Shown: piece by piece, positions 32,438 through 38,586 of the stretch | How positions within the stretch are numbered: the first letter of the stretch is position 1 | How the letters are laid out: each line of letters starts with the position of its first letter | Assembly: GCF_001194135.2 (NCBI RefSeq) | Contig: NC_068998.1 | Coordinates: 12,652,580 to 12,691,165, forward strand | Reading direction: 5' to 3' | DNA length: 38,586 nucleotides | DNA from: Octopus bimaculoides | Taxonomy: Eukaryota | Made by a program: the position numbers and the translations under genes | Notes under the pieces: generated by a model | Seen by the model: only the letters and a program-made list of their open reading frames with translations | Databases searched by the model: none | What the model was told of the DNA's origin: nothing

Positions 32438-33459
32438 TTAATGAAATGTAAAATCATCTAGTGATGGAGAGTCAATTTCAGATTGGCTCTGAGAGAGATA
32501 CAGACTGTCAGAATCCAAACTCATTGGATCATTTTTCAATGACAAACTATCTTCCAGAAGAACAAGAGAAGAGACAGGTTCTGAAGTGAGTCTTTCAGCA
32601 TCATCAAAGTCAAATGTCAGATTGACATCAGAAGAACAACTTTCATCTTGGGTAGATGTTAAAAATAAAGTCATTGAACTTTTGGAATCAATAAAGGGTG
32701 AAAAAACTAATGAATTGGAATCTTCAGTGAAATCACCGCGACCACCAACACAGACACCATTCATAACATCACAACTGTCATCAACATTGTCATTGTAATC
32801 TTCACCAATGACAATGTCAGCCCTATCATCTTCGCTATCGTCATCACTACCAGAAGTAGTAACGGTGGTACCCATAGCATTTACAGTGACCTTGTGATCT
32901 TCAGGAAGCAGTGACAAGTATAAATCTGTATTGTCTGGTAGTTTGGTAATTTCTCGGGGTCTTCTTGGTAAAAGAGTACTTGTATTTTTGGTATGGCAAT
33001 CCTTAAGTCCATATTTATTATTTTCCAAGTTTATTTGTTGGAGAACTCTGCGGTTCTGACTGAGATCAGCAACTTTATTGATGGTATGGTCAACAGAATG
33101 GTCAGCGGCATTACAATCTTGCTCTTGATTCAAACTTCTTTCTTGTCCATCTGACAAAACATTGATTCTTTCACGAAGTGGCGTAACATTTTGATGCAAA
33201 TCAAGTCTTTCGTAAGTACTGCGACATGGTGATGACAAAAGTGATTGGTTCGTTGACTTGTACTGATCATTTCTGGTAAAATTAGACTCTTTCTTTGATA
33301 CTAGAATGTGATCATAAAATGAAATACCTTTACAATCCACAGAAAGATCGGGTTTGAAGTGTTGGCTGCTATTTACTTCCATAACTGCAACAGGATCGGG
33401 TTTCAATCCCATCTCTATCTCAGACCCTCCTCTCACATGTGAAGGCTTAACTATACCTC
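32438..33459 (-). CDS. Probable terminal coding exon of an unidentified gene; ~340 aa Ser/Asp/Glu-rich, likely disordered
   Basis: Longest real ORF in the window. Acceptor ttgtctatattgcAG|GA at 33460 is in frame (phase 1), TAA at 32440-32438, minus-strand AATAAA near 31990. Phase matches the upstream exon ending at 37184. No domain recognised. Confidence 0.8.
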
Positions 33460-33689
33460 CTGCAATATAGACAACAAGGTTCTGTTAATAATTTGATAAT
33501 CGAAGAAGGACCTGAAATGTACAACTGTATTAAAAACAACAACAATAACAACAACTGTGCCAACATGCAATGGCTATAGAGATGTACAGGCAAAATGGCA
33601 ATTTTGTGGCGACTGTAGCAGATGAAGCAGTACTACTGAAGTCTATGAATGTAGTGGTGACTGTACAAGTAATCAGTCATTTACTGGCA

Positions 33690-34008
33690 CTCCATCAGTT
33701 ACAATGGCAAGGGTTCCAGCTGATCCGATAAACGAAACAGCCTGCTCATGAAATTAACATGCAAGTGGCTGAGCACTCCACAGATTCATGTACCCTTATT
33801 GTAGTTCTCAAGAAGATTCAGCATGACACAGAATGTGACAAGACTGGCTCTTTGACGTATAGGTACAACTCACTTTTGCCAGCTGAGTGGACTGGAGCAA
33901 TGTGAAATAAAGTGTCTTGCTCAAGGACACAATGCATTGCCAGGAATTGAACTCATGACTTTATGATCATGAGCTGAATACCCTAACCACTAAGCCATGT
34001 GCCTTCAC
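33690..34008 (-). mobile_element. Older family C-related tRNA/CORE-type SINE
   Basis: 3' body similar to 28160-28330; head GAAGGCACATGGCTTAGTGGTTAGGG...GAGTTCAATTCC and GTGTCCTTGAGCAAGACACTT. Confidence 0.85.
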
Positions 34009-34019
34009 TCGCACCCACT

Positions 34020-34165
34020 ACAATCTCGGAATGGTTGGCGTTAGGAAGGGCATCCAGCTGTAGAAACTGCCAAATCAGATTGGAGCCTGGTGTAGCCACC
34101 TGGTTCACCAGTTCTCAGTCAAATCGTCCAACCCATGCTAGCATGGAAAGCGGACGTTAAACGAC

Positions 34166-34199
<34 letters not shown>

Positions 34200-34200
34200 T
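34020..34200 (+). mobile_element. Repeat family E (RTE-type tail, (GAT)n end)
   Basis: GGTTGGCGTTAGGAAGGGCATCCAGCTGTAGAAAC...CCCATGCTAGCATGGAAAGCGGACGTTAAACGACGATGATG; related copies at 35265-35385(+), 35385-35510(-) and 38340-38375. Confidence 0.8.
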
Positions 34201-34694
34201 CCTGATTATTATAATGATGTACTAGCTATAATGATAAGATGGATCCACATAGGAGTGGTTATAGTAATGTAAAAGGCTGGCTCTTACAAGACTTTATTCA
34301 GAAATAACAATAAAAAAAAATTACAATGCTTCAAATAAAGCACAAGGTTTTCTCAAGGTTGGGGATGGTTTCAGTTATTGGCCACAGAGAACAACAGGAC
34401 ACTGGGGACAGTACAAGGATGAAATGCAAAAATATTGCGGGTTCACAATGGATAAAAAGGGTAAAAATCACAATGACATAATTAAAAATGAAGAAAAATA
34501 CAAAAGAAAATAATTATATTAGTAACAACAGACAAAACCAGGAGTGCATGGTTAAGAAATCATTTTTGAAACCACACAATTTCAGGTTCAATCTCACAGC
34601 ACAGCAGCTTGGACTTTTACTATAGCAATGGACAGACCAATGTCTTATAAATAAATCTGATATACGTAAATTGTGCTGAATCTATCACATGCAT

Positions 34695-34860
34695 AGGCGC
34701 AGGAGTGGCTGTGTGGTAAGTAGCTTGCTTACCAACCACATGGTCCCGGGTTCAGGCGCAATACGTGGCACCTTGAGCAAGTGTCTTCTACTATAGCCTC
34801 AGGCCGACCAAAGCCTTGTGAGTGGATTTGGTAGATGGAAACTGGAAGAAGCCCGGCATA

Positions 34861-34929
<69 letters not shown>

Positions 34930-35100
34930 GAAGGCTTAGTGGTTAGGGTGTTACACTCACAACTGCGAGATTGTGGTTTCAATTCCCAGACTGGGCATTG
35001 CATTGTGTTCTTGAACAAAGTACTTCATTTCACATTGCTCTGTGATCATTTTGTCATCTGACATGTGGCACGCCATGCACCTGTACAGGTAATGGTCAAC
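34695..35100 (+). mobile_element. SINE family A + (TA)n, followed by an old tRNA-head SINE fragment
   Basis: Family A at 34695-34858; GGCTTAGTGGTTAGGG...GGTTTCAATTCCC from about 34932. Confidence 0.85.
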
Positions 35101-35264
35101 CTGAGGGTATAGTAGAAGATACCTGCAGCAAAATCAAGTCCAAAACTGCATGGCTGCAAAGTAAAATTTCAACCACACACCCTTATCTGCACCACAAAAA
35201 ACATATATTTATTTTAACAGCAAACCTGTAAAAACAGTGCATTAATTAATTTATTATCATTCTG

Positions 35265-35510
35265 CCAAATTAGATTGGAGCCTGGTTTAGCCATCTGGTT
35301 CACCAGTCCTCAGTCAAATCGTCGAACCCATGCTAGCATGGAAGGCAGACGTTAAACGATGATGATGATGATGATGATGATGATCCTTTAACGTCTGTTT
35401 CACATTCTGGCATGGGCTGGATGGTTTGACCAGAGCTGAGAAGCTGCACCAGGTTCCAGTCTGATCTGGCTTAGTTTCTCCAGCTGGATGCCCTTCCTAA
35501 TGCCAACCAC
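35265..35510. mobile_element. Tail-to-tail inverted pair of family E copies around a (GAT)n tract
   Basis: Plus copy ends GACGTTAAACGATGATG; the minus copy begins CCTTTAACGTCTG immediately after the tract. Confidence 0.8.
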
Positions 35511-35639
35511 TTCACAAGGTGCTGAGTGCTTTTAACATGCCACAGGCACAAGTGCTTTTACATGGTACTGGCATTGACACAAATATTGCATTTACATCCT
35601 CAACATTTAGAAATATTTTAGCAACAGTTACAGGTCTAT

Positions 35640-35895
35640 TGTTTATAACTCCAATTGTTAACACAAGAAACATATTCAAGAATTCCTTCTCTAATACCAT
35701 AATCTAGGTAACTGGCTTTATTTTTCAGTTCACAATAATAGTTTAAAATCATAAATCGAAAAATACCTTAGGAATTAGAACCCAGGTTCGAAATTTCCCC
35801 AAGACACCTGATGAAAGCTGGAGGGTATATCAGCCGAAATGTTGTGTTAACAACAAACAAGATGAGGACAAATATCCGTCAAATGTAAATAATGT
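35640..35895 (+). mobile_element. Penelope-type 3'-end repeat with hammerhead-like core (tentative)
   Basis: CTGATGA-AA-GCTG(GAGGGTATAT)CAGC-C-GAAA-TGTTGT(GTTA)ACAACA at 35808-35855. Confidence 0.5.
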
Positions 35896-36858
35896 TCATA
35901 ATTGTTTAACACATTTTTAAAACATAAAATAGTCAAACCAAAATACTACTAACTTTTCTCACAAAGATGCAGTTTTTTCTTCTCAAAACTCCCAACTTTA
36001 GAATTTCCATTGCTTCATGGACCATAATATTTCAAAAGATTTTACAATTGTTATTATTAACTTTTAATGCCCTCACATTGCTGTGGCTACAAAGCTACAA
36101 TTCAAATACCTTCTGTCACACCTAATGCACAGAAGCACTGCACTGTAAATTATAGACGCAGTTTTTTTTTTTTTTCTCCAGTCCATAGTACAAATAACTT
36201 AATATCTTTTATTAACACCCAAAGCACCTATTCATAAGACATCAACTATAAATCATATTTCCACTTGAACACTTCCATACCACCCTCCATTATGTGAATT
36301 TTTCGTATAGTTAAAAAATAAATAATTTACAATTCTAACAAAAACAAACAATGAACGTTAAATTCACTTCATATTCCCTCTCTAAACAGTGACTCACAGA
36401 AACGGATAAAATTCGAGGGGAAAGAATATAATAGATTAGTAAGGGAAGTAACTCTTTGAGACTATCATAAAACTAGAGTTGGGTGGAGTAGTTTTATCCG
36501 ACACAATGGTGTCATACTTTAATCTGAAACAGTGCAACACATTTCACGTAGAAAGTTGAAAATGAAAGTTTTAAACTGTTTCATAGAAAACTATTTCTCC
36601 TTTGTTTCATTCATAATTGTATATATCAAAATTATGAATGACTTTTTTTCAATCATTAAAATGAACTTTCTCAAGCCTTAAATTACATTTTTTAAATCCC
36701 AGTGTACCAATATGGCACAGCACACCGTTTAAGAACCACTTATAGTACGATATGATAAGGGTAAAAATAGAAAAGAAAAAAGAAATCATAGCTTTTAAAT
36801 AAGCCTTTCTTGCTACCACCTTGCTGACTGGCCAAATAACAGACAAGATGTAATTTAA

Positions 36859-37078
36859 CCCTTTAACATTCTGATTTCTCTGTCAAATGTAATCCTTATT
36901 TATTCACATTGTTTTGAATTAATCAGGCATTATCTTGTAGCTTTGATATTTCATTGATCTGATTGCATATTTTTACAATGACATTGTAAGGCAGGTGTGA
37001 GAGGCTGGATCTGGCTGGTTTAAACATGAAACAGTCTGAATATTTTGGCTGGATATGGCTGGTTTAAATGCTAAAGGG
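36859..37078. mobile_element. piggyBac-type MITE (TTAA target)
   Basis: TTAA|CCCTTTAACATT ... AATGCTAAAGGG|TTAA; TTAA at 36855-36858 and 37079-37082. Confidence 0.85.
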
Positions 37079-37183
37079 TTAAGCATGAAAGTTTTAAGAA
37101 AGCATTTTATTACTATGTTTTAATATGTAGTAATTGTACATTCCACAATTAGCGTTTCCCTAAAGAATAGCTAATTATATTAC

Positions 37184-37254
37184 CTGGTCTAGGTGCAGTT
37201 GTATTTTCTGAATCAATGCACCAGGTGAGGTGGCATTTGGTTACATCTGCATAT
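37184..37254 (-). CDS. Internal coding exon of the same gene ((R)YADVTKCHLTWCIDSENTTAPRP)
   Basis: Acceptor aatttgttttAG at 37255 (alternative atatgcAG at 37247), donor CCAG|gtaata. Only one frame is open; it ends in phase 1, matching the 33459 exon. Confidence 0.72.
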
Positions 37255-37377
37255 CTAAAACAAATTTACTGTTCCAGATTCCAAGTTCAGTTAACAACCC
37301 CACACAAAAATAATTCAGAGAAATCAGTATAACCATGGTTCAATCACAGTAACTGGTGGAGAAAAAAAGTACTTTAT

Positions 37378-37745
37378 ATACAGGTGCAAACATGGCTGGG
37401 TGACTAAAAAGCTTGCTTTGCAACCAAGTGGTTTCAGGTTTAGTCCCACTGCATGGAACCTCGGGCAAATGTATTCTATTATAACCCCAGGCCAACCAAT
37501 GCCTTGTGAGTGCATTTGAAACAGTGTGAAAGCCTGTTGTATATATGTGTGTGTGTTTATGTTGCCCCACCATCACCATCGCTTGACAACTGCTATTGGT
37601 TTGTTTACACCCGCCTAAACTTAGCAGTTTGGCAAAAGAGACCAACAGAAATAAGTACTGGGGTTGATTTGTTCAACTAAACCCATCAAGGCAATGCTCA
37701 AATACAAGCTACAATCCAATGTCTGAAACGAGTAAAAGAATAAAA
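37378..37745 (+). mobile_element. Composite SINE A + (TG)n + family D (older)
   Basis: Same order as the other composites. Confidence 0.8.
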
Positions 37746-37849
37746 CAATAGCACATGCGCATGTGTGCATAGAGAGAGAGAGAGAATGGGGGAAGAAATT
37801 GCTATTAAGGTAATGTTACCTAGGTTTTTATCAAGGTAATTTTGTCCAC

Positions 37850-37991
37850 CTTTCAACAAGTAATTGGTCATCATCGTTTGGTGAGTTGGAATAGCTAACT
37901 GCCTGGGAAGTGGTGAGTTCTGTGTCAGCTTCCATGGAGCGGACAACTTCCGAGCATTTGAGATCTTCTTCGGCATACTTCGCATAGAAGC
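37850..37991 (-). CDS. Internal coding exon of the same gene (frame ambiguous; end 37850 or 37820)
   Basis: Strong acceptor ttccttgtttcAG at 37992. Frame B FYAKYAEEDLKCSEVVRSMEADTE...DDDQLLVE with donor AG|gtggac (37849), or frame A ASMRSMPKK...YLDKNL with donor AG|gtaaca (37819). Either can be spliced in frame to the 37.2 kb exon. Confidence 0.7.
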
Positions 37992-38029
37992 CTGAAACAA
38001 GGAACATAATAAAAAGTTGAGTCAGCAAA

Positions 38030-38275
38030 ATTCAGTATTTATACCTTTTACTTTTCTTTTTGTACTTGTTTTAGTCATTAGACTACAGCCATGCTGGGGC
38101 ACTGCCATGAGGAATTTTTTTTAGTCGAATAAACCAACCCCAGTCCTTTCTGTTTTTTTTTTTAAACTTGGTACTTATTCTATCAATCTCTTTGCCGAGC
38201 TGTTATGTTACAGGGACGTAAACACACCAACACCAGTTGTCAAGCAGTGGTGGGGGACAAACACAGAGACACACA
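38030..38275 (-). mobile_element. Repeat family D
   Basis: CAGCCATGCTGGGGCAC...GGGACGTAAACACACCAACACCAGTTGTCAAGC. Confidence 0.85.
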
Positions 38276-38399
38276 CACATGTGTGTGTGTGTATAGTAAA
38301 CAAAAAAATCAACAAAAAAGATTTTCTGCTTACATATATGCTAGCATGGAAGGCAGACGTTAAAAGATGATGACATTATATATTTGTATATATATATAT

Positions 38400-38586
38400 T
38401 CTTTTATTCTTTTACTTATTTCAGTCATTTGACTGCGGCCATGCTGGAGCACCGCCTTTAGTCGAATCAAATCGACCCCAGGACTTATTCTTTGTAAGCC
38501 TAGAACTTATTCTATCGGTCTCTTTTTGCCGAACCGCTAAGTTACGGAGACCTAAACACACCAGCATCGGTTGTCAAGCGATGTTG
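38400..38586 (-). mobile_element. Repeat family D, young copy, runs off the window end
   Basis: Near-identical to 17810-17975. Confidence 0.9.

Noticed and set aside
35625-35705. Minus-strand peptide DYGIREGILEYVSCVNNWSYKQ* as an alternative last exon
   Set aside because: The acceptor lacks a pyrimidine tract and the sequence appears to be the reverse of a Penelope-type repeat end.

Overview
AT-rich, repeat-saturated eukaryotic (metazoan) genomic DNA from a gapped scaffold, with N-runs at 2399-3354, 10468-10613, 12995-13004 and 17398-17703. The SINE families and microsatellite density look like octopus (coleoid cephalopod) DNA; this is pattern recognition, not a database hit. The best-supported coding content is the 3' end of an unidentified minus-strand gene: exons at about 37991-37850 (or 37820), 37254 (or 37246)-37184, and a 1-kb acidic Ser/Asp-rich terminal exon at 33459-32438. 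Weaker short-exon candidates on the minus strand lie between 26.3 kb and 0.7 kb. The rest is mostly transposon debris: a CR1/L2/Jockey-type LINE RT fragment, an R4/Dong-like LINE fragment, Penelope-like 3' ends, mariner fossils and a nested mariner MITE, a hAT transposase fossil, hAT and piggyBac-type MITEs with visible TSDs, five recurrent SINE-like families and many microsatellites. No rRNA, bona fide tRNA or CRISPR array is supported. The most notable signals are: (i) hammerhead-ribozyme-like cores at Penelope-type ends and in a 189-bp tandem dimer (retrozyme-like); (ii) a 39-bp exon/intron inverted repeat resembling an ADAR editing-complementary sequence; (iii) an exon open in two frames with compensating splice sites; and (iv) a probable presence/absence SINE polymorphism split across a gap.
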